Shown: positions 49,703 to 60,120 of the stretch, piece after piece
Layout of the letters: every line of letters starts with the position of its first letter
Numbering within the stretch: the stretch's first letter is position 1
NCBI RefSeq assembly: GCF_030646925.1
Contig: NZ_JAUSKL010000124.1
Span: forward strand, 48,298 to 112,297
DNA length: 64,000 bases
Source of the DNA: Candidatus Binatus sp.
GTDB lineage: Bacteria; Desulfobacterota; Binatia; Binatales; Binataceae
Direction: 5' to 3'
The notes under the pieces: generated by a model
What the model was told of the DNA's origin: nothing
What the model saw: only the letters and a program-made list of their open reading frames with translations
Database searches by the model: none
Translations under genes and position numbers: made by a program

Positions 49703-50949
49703 AAACGATCTTTGACGGCAAGCTTAGAGTTCTCGACCTCGCGATGGGATGGGCCGGTCCGCTCGTCGGCCAGATGTTCGCCGAGATGGGCGCGGAAGTG
49801 ATCAAGGTCGAGGACACGCAGCATTTCGACTGGTGGCGCGGCTCGCTCTCGATAGCGGCGCCGGAGATGCAGCCGATCGAGCGTTCATCGCCCTTCAACA
49901 CAGCCAATCGCGGCAAGCGCGGAATCACGCTCGATCTCGCGAGTCCGCGCGGAATCGAAGTCCTGCAGCGGCTGATAAAAGTTTCGGACGTGCTGATCGA
50001 AAACTACAGTCCGCGCGTGATGGAGAAGCTCGGACTGCCGTACTCCGCGGTCGCCGCGATCAATCCGCGGATGATCATGATCTCGATGCCGTCGTTCGGC
50101 AGCGACGGCCCCGAATGCGAGACGCGCGGCTACGGCAATACGGTCGAGGCGATGGCTGGCGTCACCGGCCTGATGGGTTATCACGACTCCGAGCAGCGCT
50201 ACACGCTGAGCAATGCGCTTGGCGATCCCGTCGGCGGATTGCACGGAACTTTCGCGTTGCTCGCGGCGCTGCATGAGCGCCAGCGCACTGGCCGCGGGCA
50301 GTGGGTCGAGCTCGCGCAGGTTGAAGCGCTGATTCCGTTCGTGACGCGCGCGATGCTCGAGTACCAGTTCACGGGCGAGGCGCCGAAGCCGCGCGGCAAT
50401 CGGCATCCTGAGCACGCGCCGCATGGAATCTATCGCGCGGCTGGCGAGGAAGCGTGGATCGCGATTGCCTGCGAGAGCGATGCGCAGTGGAAAAATCTCG
50501 CGATCGCGCTGTCACTCGGTCATCTGGCGAATGACCCTCGCTTTGCCGACGCGCGAAGCCGCAAAGCCAACGAAGATGCGCTCGATGCGGAACTGTCGCG
50601 CGCGATTGCCGAAGCGGACGCTGACGAATGCGTCGCGCGGCTGCGCAATGCGGGCGCGCTCGCGGCGCCGGTTAATTCAGCGCCCGCCGTGATGAGCGAT
50701 CCGCAGTTGCAGAGCCGCGAGTATTTCGTCGCGATCGATCGCGCCGTCGTGGGAACGCATCTGTATCCGGGTGCAGTTGCGAATCTGCCCGAGACTCCGC
50801 TCCGCGATGACGCTCCTGCGCCGCTGCTCGGCGAGCACAATCGCGCCGTATTCAGCGAGGTGCTCGCGATGAGCGATGCTGAAATCGCGGAGCTCGAGGA
50901 AGCCGGCATCATCGGCTCTGCGCCGCGGCAATATCGCGCCGCGTCGTGA
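49699..50949 (+). CDS. CoA-transferase family III (CaiB/BaiF), second copy, start overlaps previous stop (ATGA)
   Basis: LRVLDLAMGWAGPLVGQMFAEMGAEVIKVE. Confidence 0.85.
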   Translation: MKTIFDGKLRVLDLAMGWAGPLVGQMFAEMGAEVIKVEDTQHFDWWRGSLSIAAPEMQPIERSSPFNTANRGKRGITLDLASPRGIEVLQRLIKVSDVLIENYSPRVMEKLGLPYSAVAAINPRMIMISMPSFGSDGPECETRGYGNTVEAMAGVTGLMGYHDSEQRYTLSNALGDPVGGLHGTFALLAALHERQRTGRGQWVELAQVEALIPFVTRAMLEYQFTGEAPKPRGNRHPEHAPHGIYRAAGEEAWIAIACESDAQWKNLAIALSLGHLANDPRFADARSRKANEDALDAELSRAIAEADADECVARLRNAGALAAPVNSAPAVMSDPQLQSREYFVAIDRAVVGTHLYPGAVANLPETPLRDDAPAPLLGEHNRAVFSEVLAMSDAEIAELEEAGIIGSAPRQYRAAS

Positions 50950-50958
50950 TCGTTTCGG

Positions 50959-51297
50959 CTAGTTCAGTCCGACGCTGTCCTTCGGGACGAAGCCAGTCGT
51001 ACCTTTGAACGCGCCGTCGAGCACTTCGATCTGCGAGCCGCGATCGTCACTGCGGAGGATTTTCACCGGCGTGTTGTTGTCCACTTGCTTCGCCGCAAGG
51101 CCTTCGCCGAGACCGCCGATCATCCCGCCGACGCCGCCCTGCTTCTTGAGATCCATGAGTTTTACGAATGTGTCTTCGTCGGGATAGACGGCCACGGTGC
51201 TCTCGCCGTTGTGCGCCACCAGTTTGTGACCGCATCCTGAGATCGCAAGCGCGATTCCCAGCGCCAATGCGCAAAAGATCAGCGTCGAAATTCGCAT
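50959..51297 (-). CDS. lipoprotein of unknown function
   Basis: Signal + lipobox LAISGC. Confidence 0.5.
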   Translation of the reverse strand: MRISTLIFCALALGIALAISGCGHKLVAHNGESTVAVYPDEDTFVKLMDLKKQGGVGGMIGGLGEGLAAKQVDNNTPVKILRSDDRGSQIEVLDGAFKGTTGFVPKDSVGLN

Positions 51298-51504
51298 CAG
51301 AAACGTCCTCCTGGGTCGCCTGCGCCAATGCCCGCCGCGGCTCGTCCCGACTCGACATTTAGCACGATGCCCGGTGAAGCGAATATCTTGCGCTCCAGAG
51401 TGCGTGCGCCTGATTTCACCGAATCGTCAAAATTGCGAGCATTCCAGTGCCATGTTACTCTCGCTGATTCATGCTCGGCGCGTGACGGCGCCGAAACGAT
51501 CGCA

Positions 51505-52041
51505 ATGAGAATCGGCCTAATCTCTGACACGCACATTCCTGAAGCATGCGAGCATCTGCCGCTCAGGGTGTTCGAGGTTTTCGCCGGAATCGATCTCGTG
51601 ATGCACGCCGGCGACGTTTATGTGAATCGCGTGCTCGACGAACTGTCACGCATCGCGCCGGTGATCGCTGCGCTCGGCAACGGTGACGAGGGCCTCGACG
51701 GCCATCGCTACAGCCTCGATCCCGACGATCGCGTACGCGAAGCGCATCTGATCGAAATCGAGGGCGTGCGAATCGGTTTGGTTCACGCGATTCCGACGCC
51801 GGACGAAACTTCGGAGGAAGTTTTCGCGCGCGCGATGGAGCGCGAGTTCGGCGGCCCGGTCGATGTGATCGTGCAGGGGCACAGCCATATCGAGGGCGTG
51901 ATGCGATTCGGCGCCACGATGGTGATCAATCCGGGGAGCGCGACCCTGCCGCGCAATTTGATCGGAGTGCCCGGCACGGTTGCAATTTTGGAAATTTCAA
52001 ACGGCGGCCAGATTTCGGCCGAGATAATCAGCCTGGCTTGA
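51505..52041 (+). CDS. metallophosphoesterase (YfcE/MJ0936-like)
   Basis: MRIGLISDTH, GD..NG, GHSH motifs. Confidence 0.8.
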   Translation: MRIGLISDTHIPEACEHLPLRVFEVFAGIDLVMHAGDVYVNRVLDELSRIAPVIAALGNGDEGLDGHRYSLDPDDRVREAHLIEIEGVRIGLVHAIPTPDETSEEVFARAMEREFGGPVDVIVQGHSHIEGVMRFGATMVINPGSATLPRNLIGVPGTVAILEISNGGQISAEIISLA

Positions 52042-52130
52042 CCCCGCGCGCACGCGCTACCGGCCGCTCTTGATAGGAGGAATCATTGTCCGCGGAAAAT
52101 CCAGCGTCGGCGACCAAACGAACGGTCACG

Positions 52131-53429
52131 ATGGAAAAAATCGTCAATCTGTGCAAGCGCCGCGGAATTGTGTTCCCTACCAGCGATATTTACGGCGGTC
52201 TCGGCTCCACCTTCGATTACGGACCGCTCGGCGTCGAACTCAAGCGCAACGTCAAAGAGGCGTGGTGGCGCGAGATGGTGCAATATCGCAGCGACGTGAT
52301 GGGGCTGGACTCCGCGATTTTTCAGCATCCGCGCACCTGGGAAGCGTCGGGGCATCTGCAGAATTTCACCGACCCGATGGTCGATTGCAGGGAATGCCAG
52401 CAGCGTTTTCGCGCCGACAAGATCGAGGGCGACAAATGTCCCGAGTGCGGCGGCGAGCTCACCGAGGCGCGCAACTTCAACTTGATGTTCAAAACTTTCA
52501 TGGGACCGGTCGAAGATACCGCGGCGACAGTTTACCTCAGGCCCGAAACCGCGCAGGGAATTTTTTCGAATTTCGAAAACGTAGTCGATACGCAACGCGT
52601 CAAGCTGCCGTTCGGCGTCGCGCAGCAGGGCAAATCGTTCCGCAACGAAATCACCACCGAGAACTTCATTTTCCGCACCCGCGAATTCGAGCAGATGGAG
52701 ATGGAGTTCTTCGTTAAGCCCGATCCTGCGGAAGAAGAAAAATGGTACCGCTATTGGGTTGATTTCCGCTTCAACTGGCACGTCAAATTCGGCATCAAGG
52801 CGGACCATCTGCGCCGCCGCGAGCACGCGACCGACGAGCTCTCGCATTATTCGAGCGGCACGACCGATATCGAGTTTTTGTATCCGTTCGGATGGGGCGA
52901 GCTCGAGGGCGTCGCCAAGCGCGGCAGCTTCGATCTCGATCAGCATGCCAAGTTCAGCGGCAAGCCCCTTACCTATTTCGACGAGGAAGCGAAAGCGCGC
53001 TACCGGCCGTGGGTGATCGAGCCTGCGCTTGGCGTCGATCGCGCGATGCTCGCATTTTTGCTCGACGCCTACGATGAAGACGTCGTCGAGGAGGAATCGC
53101 GAATCGTGCTGCGGCTCGACCCGCGGCTCGCGCCGATCAAGGTCGCGGTGTACCCGCTGCTCAGAAAAGCCGGGCAGCCGGAAAAGGCGATCGCGGTGCG
53201 CGATACGCTGAAGCGGCACTTCACGGTGGCGTACGATCAGGCCGGGTCGATCGGGCGACGCTATCGCCGGCAGGACGAAGTCGGCACGCCGTATGGCGTC
53301 ACGATCGATCATCAGACGATGGACGATGATACGGTAACCTTGCGCGATCGCGATTCGATGTCGCAGGAACGGGTGCCGATCACGCGCCTGGTGGAAGAAA
53401 TAAGCGATCGGATCGGCTGGACAAAGTAA
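52131..53429 (+). CDS. glyQS: glycine--tRNA ligase (dimeric GlyQS type)
   Basis: Class II aaRS motifs, zinc-knuckle insertion CRECQQRF..CPECGG; alternative upstream start 52086. Confidence 0.9.
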   Translation: MEKIVNLCKRRGIVFPTSDIYGGLGSTFDYGPLGVELKRNVKEAWWREMVQYRSDVMGLDSAIFQHPRTWEASGHLQNFTDPMVDCRECQQRFRADKIEGDKCPECGGELTEARNFNLMFKTFMGPVEDTAATVYLRPETAQGIFSNFENVVDTQRVKLPFGVAQQGKSFRNEITTENFIFRTREFEQMEMEFFVKPDPAEEEKWYRYWVDFRFNWHVKFGIKADHLRRREHATDELSHYSSGTTDIEFLYPFGWGELEGVAKRGSFDLDQHAKFSGKPLTYFDEEAKARYRPWVIEPALGVDRAMLAFLLDAYDEDVVEEESRIVLRLDPRLAPIKVAVYPLLRKAGQPEKAIAVRDTLKRHFTVAYDQAGSIGRRYRRQDEVGTPYGVTIDHQTMDDDTVTLRDRDSMSQERVPITRLVEEISDRIGWTK

Positions 53430-53553
53430 CCGCGCCGGCATCCGCGCCGCGCGCGCGGAGGTTTGCGCCCGGTGCTGCTGAGGCCGGTTCATGAACGAAT
53501 TATGATCGCGAGAGTCTGCAACGCGGAACGCGCGAGACGGGAGCAACGATAAG

Positions 53554-56301
53554 ATGGGTCGCATTCATCCTGAGATATTTTTCTTCGGCGCGGGCGTCGC
53601 GGAAGGACGCGCGTCGATGCGCAATCTGCTCGGCGGCAAGGGCGCCAACCTGTCCGAGATGGCGTCGCTCAAATTGCCGGTGCCGCCCGGCTTCACGATT
53701 TCGACTGAGGTCTGCAACTACTTCTACGATCACGGCCACAAGTATCCGAAGGGCCTCGCGGACGGCGTCGCGAAGAGCGTCGCGCGAGTCGAAAAAGCGC
53801 TGGGCCGCAAATTCGGCGACGCGCAAAATCCGCTGCTCGTTTCGGTTCGCTCCGGCGCGCGCGTGTCGATGCCGGGCATGATGGACACCGTGCTCAATCT
53901 CGGACTCACCGACGAAACCGTGCAGGGCCTCGAAAAGGTCAGCGGCAATCCGCGCTTTGCGTGGGACTCGTATCGGCGCTTCTGCCAGATGTTCGGCGAC
54001 GTCGTGCTGGGATTGAAGCCGGAGGACAAAAACGCCGCCGACCCGTTCGAGGAAATAATCGACCACAAGAAAATCACGCGCGGCGTCAAGCAGGACACCG
54101 ATCTCAACGTCGATGACTTGCAGGAACTGGTCAGCGAATTTCGCGCGCTGATCCGGAGCCGCGTCGGGTGCGACATCCCGCAGGATCCGAACGAGCAGCT
54201 ATGGATGGCGATTGGCGCGGTGTTCGGTTCGTGGAACAACGATCGCGCGATCGCTTATCGGCGCATCAATAATATTCCGGGCGACTGGGGCACCGCGGTC
54301 ACAGTGCAGTCGATGGTGTTCGGCAACCTCGGCGACGACTGCGCAACTGGCGTCGCATTCACGCGCGATCCGGGCACCGGCGAAAAAGGAATCTACGGCG
54401 AGTTTTTGCCCAACGCGCAGGGCGAGGATGTCGTCGCGGGAATCCGCACCGGGCGCTACATCAGCATCAAGGCGAGCCGCGTATGGGCCGAGCGCAGCGG
54501 CATCAGCGAAGCTGAGCGCGCATCGAACTTCTCGACGCTCGAAGAGAGCTTCCCCGCGGTTTACAAGGAGTTCCTCAAGATCTCGAACCAGCTTGAACGA
54601 CATTTTCGCGATTGCCAGGACATGGAGTTCACGATCGAGCGCAACCGCCTCTTCATGCTGCAGACCCGCACGGGCAAGCGCACGGCCGAAGCGGCGGTGC
54701 GGATCGCGGTCGATATGGCGGACGAGAAACTGATCGATCGCAAGACGGCGCTGAGGCGCGTCGAGCCCGAACAACTCGAACAGTTCCTGCATCCGCGGCT
54801 CGACCCCGGCGCGAAGAAGAACGTGATCGCGCGCGGATTGCCGGCGTCGCCGGGCGCCGTGAATGGCGAGGTGGTGTTTTCCGCCGATGAAGCCGTGGCA
54901 GTCGCGGCATCCGGCCGCAAAGTGATCCTGGTGCGCGTCGAAACTTCGCCTGAAGACATCCACGGGATGAACGTGGCGGAAGGAATTTTAACTGCGCGCG
55001 GCGGGATGACGAGCCACGCGGCGGTGGTCGCGCGCGGGATGGGCAAGTGCTGCGTCGCGGGATGCTCGGCGCTCGAAATTGATTACGGCGCGGGCACGAT
55101 GTCGGCGAACGGGGCAGTGATCCGGCGCGGCGAGTACATCACGCTCGACGGCTCGGCGGGCGAGGTGATCGCGGGACGCGTCGCGACCGTCGATCCTGAG
55201 ATGCCGCCGTTTTTTAAGAAATTTTTGTCGTGGGCGGACAAGGAACGCCGCCTGGGCGTTCGCGCCAATGCCGATACGCCGCACGACGCGAGGGTCGCGC
55301 GCGATTTCGGCGCTGAAGGAATCGGGCTTTGCCGCACCGAGCACATGTTTTTCGAACCGGAACGAATCGAAGCGGTGCGCGAGATGATCATGGCGGAGAA
55401 CGCGAAGCAGCGGGGCAAAGCGCTAGCGAAGATTCTACCGATGCAGCGCGGCGACTTTGCCGGAATTCTGAAAGAGATGGCCGGATTGCCGGTCACGATT
55501 CGATTACTCGATCCGCCGCTGCACGAATTTCTGCCGCGCGAGGAGGACGAGATACGCGACCTGGCGATCAAGATCGGCACCACGCCCGAGCATCTGAAGC
55601 AGGTGCGCGAGAGTCTCTTCGAGTTCAACCCGATGTTGGGCCATCGCGGTTCGCGCCTCGGCATCAGCTATCCGGAAATATACAAGGCGCAGGCGCGCGC
55701 GATCCTCGAGGCGGCGTGCGAGTTGCGCAAGCAGAATGTCAAGGCGATGCCTGAAATCATGCTGCCGCTGATCGGCGAGCGCAAGGAATTCGAGATTCTC
55801 GCCTCGGAGATTCGCGAAGTCGCGGCCGAAGTTTTCAAGGAGCAGGGCGTCAAGGTGGCGTACACGATCGGCACAATGATCGAAGTGCCGCGAGCGTGCG
55901 TGACCGCCGATCAGATCGGTGCGGTGGCCGAGTTCTTTTCATTCGGCACCAACGATTTGACGCAGATGACGTACGGAATTTCGCGCGACGACTCCGGGAA
56001 ATTTCTCGACGACTACGTGCGCCGCGAGATTTACAAGAAAGACCCGTTCCAGGAACTCGATCCGAACGGCGTCGGCGAGCTGATGCGAATCGGCATCGAG
56101 CGCGGACGCAAGGCGAACAAGTCGCTGAAGATCGGCATCTGCGGCGAGCACGGGGGCGATCCAGCGAGCGTCAAGCTGTGTCATCGGCTCGGGCTCGACT
56201 ACGTATCGTGCTCGCCGTACCGGATCCCGGTCGCGCGGCTCGCCGCGGCGCAGGCTGCGATCGAAGCGACGCAGACGAAGAAGGAATTCAAGGACGTGTA
56301 G
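53554..56301 (+). CDS. ppdK: pyruvate, phosphate dikinase
   Basis: ATP-grasp N-domain (GGKGANLSEM), phosphohistidine domain (GGMTSHAAVVARGMG), PEP-utilising TIM barrel. Confidence 0.95.
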   Translation: MGRIHPEIFFFGAGVAEGRASMRNLLGGKGANLSEMASLKLPVPPGFTISTEVCNYFYDHGHKYPKGLADGVAKSVARVEKALGRKFGDAQNPLLVSVRSGARVSMPGMMDTVLNLGLTDETVQGLEKVSGNPRFAWDSYRRFCQMFGDVVLGLKPEDKNAADPFEEIIDHKKITRGVKQDTDLNVDDLQELVSEFRALIRSRVGCDIPQDPNEQLWMAIGAVFGSWNNDRAIAYRRINNIPGDWGTAVTVQSMVFGNLGDDCATGVAFTRDPGTGEKGIYGEFLPNAQGEDVVAGIRTGRYISIKASRVWAERSGISEAERASNFSTLEESFPAVYKEFLKISNQLERHFRDCQDMEFTIERNRLFMLQTRTGKRTAEAAVRIAVDMADEKLIDRKTALRRVEPEQLEQFLHPRLDPGAKKNVIARGLPASPGAVNGEVVFSADEAVAVAASGRKVILVRVETSPEDIHGMNVAEGILTARGGMTSHAAVVARGMGKCCVAGCSALEIDYGAGTMSANGAVIRRGEYITLDGSAGEVIAGRVATVDPEMPPFFKKFLSWADKERRLGVRANADTPHDARVARDFGAEGIGLCRTEHMFFEPERIEAVREMIMAENAKQRGKALAKILPMQRGDFAGILKEMAGLPVTIRLLDPPLHEFLPREEDEIRDLAIKIGTTPEHLKQVRESLFEFNPMLGHRGSRLGISYPEIYKAQARAILEAACELRKQNVKAMPEIMLPLIGERKEFEILASEIREVAAEVFKEQGVKVAYTIGTMIEVPRACVTADQIGAVAEFFSFGTNDLTQMTYGISRDDSGKFLDDYVRREIYKKDPFQELDPNGVGELMRIGIERGRKANKSLKIGICGEHGGDPASVKLCHRLGLDYVSCSPYRIPVARLAAAQAAIEATQTKKEFKDV

Positions 56302-56324
56302 CGAGGCGCGAGCGCGGCGGCTCT

Positions 56325-57167
56325 CTACTCGGCGTATTTTTTTTCGAGCGCCTGGTATTCGTCCACGCCCATCAGCCGCACGAAATCGCCGAACACATTT
56401 GATTTCGTACCGACGCTGAGTTGCCCCGTGCGCTTCAGCTCGATCATCAATGAGCGCATCGTGTCGAACGCCGCGAGCATCGTTCCGATGTGAATCGTCA
56501 GCTTGAATGGATATTTTTTCAGCTCGTCGAGCGGCAGCAGATCGCCATTGTACACCAGCGGCAAGTCGCCGATTTTTTCGGCGTACAAGCGCAAGTCGTC
56601 GAGCGTCTTGATGCCATCGACGAAAATCAAATCGGCGCCTGCTGCTCGATAGGCGCGAGCGCGGCGCTCGACGTCGTCCCATCCGTTGACTTGCAGGGCG
56701 TCGGTGCGCGCGATGATCACCAGGTCGCGATCGCGCCGCGCGTCGCAGGCCGCGCGCACTTTCGGCGCCATCGCGTCCATCGCGATCACCTGCTTGCCCG
56801 CAAGGAAGCCGCATCGCTTCGGAAAAACCTGGTCTTCGATATGCAACGCCGACGCGCCCGCGTCTTCGTATTCGCGAACGGTGCGCCACACGTTGAGCGG
56901 ATTGCCGTAGCCAGTGTCGGCGTCGCAGATCACCGGCACATCGACGGCTTGCGAAATCGCGCGCGCGTTCGCGACCATCTCGGTCATCGTGAGCAAGCCG
57001 AGATCGGGGTATCCCCTGGCTGCTGCGGTGCCGAAACCGGTCATATAGACCGCGTCGAAGCCGGCGCTTGCCGCGAGCTTCGCCTGCAGGCAATCGAACA
57101 CGAATGGCGCCACGATAAGATTGCCGCTCGCAAGCATCTCGCGGAGCCGCGCTCTCGGCTGATTCAT
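56325..57167 (-). CDS. isocitrate lyase / PEP mutase-family protein
   Basis: ICL/PEPM TIM-barrel signatures (ICDADTGYG, KRCGFLAGK). Confidence 0.8.
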   Translation of the reverse strand: MNQPRARLREMLASGNLIVAPFVFDCLQAKLAASAGFDAVYMTGFGTAAARGYPDLGLLTMTEMVANARAISQAVDVPVICDADTGYGNPLNVWRTVREYEDAGASALHIEDQVFPKRCGFLAGKQVIAMDAMAPKVRAACDARRDRDLVIIARTDALQVNGWDDVERRARAYRAAGADLIFVDGIKTLDDLRLYAEKIGDLPLVYNGDLLPLDELKKYPFKLTIHIGTMLAAFDTMRSLMIELKRTGQLSVGTKSNVFGDFVRLMGVDEYQALEKKYAE

Positions 57168-57237
57168 CGGAATCTCCTTGTGTGAGAGAAAAAAGACGGA
57201 TTGATGCGCGCGACGGCGACGGGCCCGAGCCTCGCGC

Positions 57238-58146
57238 TCAAGCGAAGTAATCTTCGGCGCGAATCGATGGAACCTCGAGCTGGAACACGCGGCTGTTGCG
57301 CAGCACCTTCAACTGGATGTTCTCGCCGGGGTTGTGATTGCGCAGCGCCTCGTACAGCAGGCGGCGATCGTTCACCTCATTGCCGTTGATTTCGAGCAAC
57401 AGATCGCCCTGCTGCAATCCCGCCTTCTCGCCCGGTCCGCCGGGCATCACGCCCGCCACCACGACGTGCTCCCGCAGCGTGTACGACAGCAGGCCCAGCC
57501 ACGCGCGCGGGGCGGCGGTTACGCGGCGGCCGAATTTCGTAAGCTCGTCACGCACGGTGAGTACGTTGTCGCCCGGTACGCCCAGAATCGCACGGCTCAG
57601 ATCGGCGAAATTCAGGTACGACACCCCGATTACCTGCGACCTGGCATTGCAAATCGGCCCGCCGCTCATCCCGATATTGAGCGACGACGCGGTGACGCAG
57701 ACGCATCTGTCGAGCACGAATTCCCACACCGCATCGAACGGCCCGAGGTAGGTGATGATGCCGCAATCGGCGCATCGCTTTTCACCGCCCATGCTCGAAA
57801 CCGTGAATGCCTCCTGCCCGATGACGCAACTGTCGCTCGAAACCACCTCGACGAATGGCAGGCGTTCGCGATCGATCTTCAGCACGCCGAGTCCGGTGGT
57901 GTAATCCTTGCCGACGATTTTCGCTTCGTGCTGCTCGCCGTCCGGCAGCGTCACGATTACGTTCTGCGCCCCGAGCAGCAGGTAGTGCACCGTCAGGATG
58001 AGACCGTCGCTGCTGATGATCGTGCCGGTGCCGCGCCGATCGGTGCCGAGTCCGATCGCGGTCGAGACGTGCGTCGCGGGGATGTGCGAATGCACGCCGA
58101 CGGTGGCGCGCAGAACTTTCTCAAGCACTAGTGGCGGGGCATTCAC
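57238..58146 (-). CDS. trypsin-like serine protease with C-terminal PDZ domain (HtrA-like, no obvious signal)
   Basis: GMSGGPI Ser motif; PDZ-like GVMPGGPGEKAGLQQGDLLLEING. Confidence 0.7.
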   Translation of the reverse strand: MNAPPLVLEKVLRATVGVHSHIPATHVSTAIGLGTDRRGTGTIISSDGLILTVHYLLLGAQNVIVTLPDGEQHEAKIVGKDYTTGLGVLKIDRERLPFVEVVSSDSCVIGQEAFTVSSMGGEKRCADCGIITYLGPFDAVWEFVLDRCVCVTASSLNIGMSGGPICNARSQVIGVSYLNFADLSRAILGVPGDNVLTVRDELTKFGRRVTAAPRAWLGLLSYTLREHVVVAGVMPGGPGEKAGLQQGDLLLEINGNEVNDRRLLYEALRNHNPGENIQLKVLRNSRVFQLEVPSIRAEDYFA

Positions 58147-58261
58147 GATCGTAGTTTCCTGCGAATTAGGCTAGGACCGCAGGCTCAGTGTTTCAAGCGG
58201 CGGCGCGCGAAAAAAAGGGTGGTCCTCAATGAGGGCCACCCTGCATCGTTAGCGAAGAAAA

Positions 58262-58675
58262 TTACCTGGCGTTTTTCAGCGGAGCTTCAGGCGTCGCGAT
58301 TTCATTCGCGCGAATCGTGAGCAACTGCAGCGCCTGTCCGAGATCGAGTTCGCTGTACTTTTGATTCGAGTATAGCTCGTCGAGTTGCTTGACCGCCTTA
58401 TCGGAAGACACGTCATTCATCGAAAGCTGACCCGACAATTGATGGATGATCTTGCGTGCGCCCTTCCAGTGGAACAGATCGGCCGCGATGTTGAGGCCGT
58501 CGAGCTTGCCGATACTCACGCGCATCGCGTCCGAGTACCCGTTGACGTACCCGTCCTTGGCGGCGGTGTTGAGCCGATTCCAGAAACTCCCATCGTGATT
58601 AGCTTTGGGTGAGGCGAACGCCACTGCCCAGCTCGCGAGGAAACCGAGCAACACGCCGGAAGCAAATTTCTTCAT
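58262..58675 (-). CDS. secreted hypothetical protein
   Basis: Signal peptide MKKFASGVLLGFLASWAVAFA. Confidence 0.45.
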   Translation of the reverse strand: MKKFASGVLLGFLASWAVAFASPKANHDGSFWNRLNTAAKDGYVNGYSDAMRVSIGKLDGLNIAADLFHWKGARKIIHQLSGQLSMNDVSSDKAVKQLDELYSNQKYSELDLGQALQLLTIRANEIATPEAPLKNAR

Positions 58676-58977
58676 TTCGCGATGTTCCTCCCTCCGTGGG
58701 GAATTCTGTACCAAAAATACGCCGGTAACACAAAAAACATTTCTGCCATCGATGGCGTCAGCGGAGAGGTTTCTCTTTGAATTCCAGTCTGAGGGCGCGC
58801 CTACCCGGCTCGAAGCCGCCGCGACCACCCGATCCGCCACCCACCACGCCTGGTACTCTAGAATAATCCAGCACGCCGGTAAATAGCTGGAAAATCGAGT
58901 CAGGCGGGCTCTGCGGGAACGCCTTGCGAGGATATAATCGGGATTGAAGGACCGCGCCCGGCGATGCCATCCTCACT

Positions 58978-60120
58978 TTGGCGCGCGATAAGCCCATGTC
59001 GATCTACCAACACGTACTCACGTTTATCCACAGACCGCGCGCGGAGTCATTCGAGCAGCTTGCGATCGAGGTATTTCGCCATCAGTTCGCTTCGGTCACC
59101 GCGTATCGCAATTACTGCCTTGAGCTTGGTGTTGATTCCTCTGCGGTAAAGCGCATCGACGATATCCCCGCGGTCAGCAACGTCGCGTTCAAGTACGTCG
59201 ATTTGTCCGACGAATCGAGCGCGCAATCACGCGACGCGCTCACATTTCTAACGAGTGGCACGACCCAGGGGCGCGAGCGGCGCGGACGCCACGCCGTGCC
59301 GAGGCCTGAAATTTATCGTGCGTCGGCAATCGCGCATTTGCGGACGATGCTGTTTCCCGACGATCGCAAAACCGCGATGCTCGCGCTGCATCCCACCGCG
59401 GACGCGATGCCGGAGTCGTCGCTGGCGACGATGATCGGATGGTGCATCGCGGAGTTCGGTAGCGGAAGAACTTTCAGCGCGGCCTCACGCGAGGGCGTCG
59501 ATCTGAAAGGCGCGATGGATTTTCTCGACGACGCAGAAACGCGACGCGAACCGGTGTGCATCATGGGAACGACGGCGGCATTCGCGGCGCTCAATTCGGC
59601 GGCTCGCGAACGCGGCGTGAATGTTTCGCTGGCGGCGGGCTCGCGCCTGATGGATACAGGCGGTCTCAAGGGCCAGGCGATGCCGCTTTCCGCGGCGGCA
59701 GTGATCCAGAACGCGCAGGCAAATTTCGGAATCGCGCCCGCGATGGTCATCAACGAGTACGGGATGACCGAACTGTGTTCGCAGCTTTACGACGCGACCG
59801 AGTTCAATTGCCGCGACGCCGCGACTTCGCGCGAACGATTCAAGCTGGCGCCGGCGTGGCTCCGCGTCAGCGCGCGCAACCCCGCTACGCAACGGCGCGT
59901 CGATGACGGCGAACCCGGACTGCTGACGTTCTTCGATCTGGCGAATGTCGGCTCAGTCTCTGCCGTGATGAGCGAAGATGTCGGCATCGTCGAGGGCGAT
60001 CGTGTACGCGTGATCGGCCGTTCCGCGATGGGTGCGGCGCGAGGATGCGCGCTCGCGATCGGTCAGTTCGCAAAAGCCGCCGCGCCGGACGGTCGAGAAA
60101 TTGCGAGGCCGGCGCAATGA
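58978..60120 (+). CDS. LuxE-like acyl-protein synthetase
   Basis: Parallels LuxE along full length: YRNYC, IDDIPAVSNVAFKY, FLTSGTT, C-terminal RGCAL. Confidence 0.8.
   Translation: MARDKPMSIYQHVLTFIHRPRAESFEQLAIEVFRHQFASVTAYRNYCLELGVDSSAVKRIDDIPAVSNVAFKYVDLSDESSAQSRDALTFLTSGTTQGRERRGRHAVPRPEIYRASAIAHLRTMLFPDDRKTAMLALHPTADAMPESSLATMIGWCIAEFGSGRTFSAASREGVDLKGAMDFLDDAETRREPVCIMGTTAAFAALNSAARERGVNVSLAAGSRLMDTGGLKGQAMPLSAAAVIQNAQANFGIAPAMVINEYGMTELCSQLYDATEFNCRDAATSRERFKLAPAWLRVSARNPATQRRVDDGEPGLLTFFDLANVGSVSAVMSEDVGIVEGDRVRVIGRSAMGAARGCALAIGQFAKAAAPDGREIARPAQ

Noticed and set aside
52083-57185. Long minus/plus ORFs (493 aa, 384 aa, 231 aa) overlapping glyQS, ppdK and the PEP-mutase gene
   Set aside because: Antisense or alternative-frame artefacts. 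The sense genes have strong motif support.
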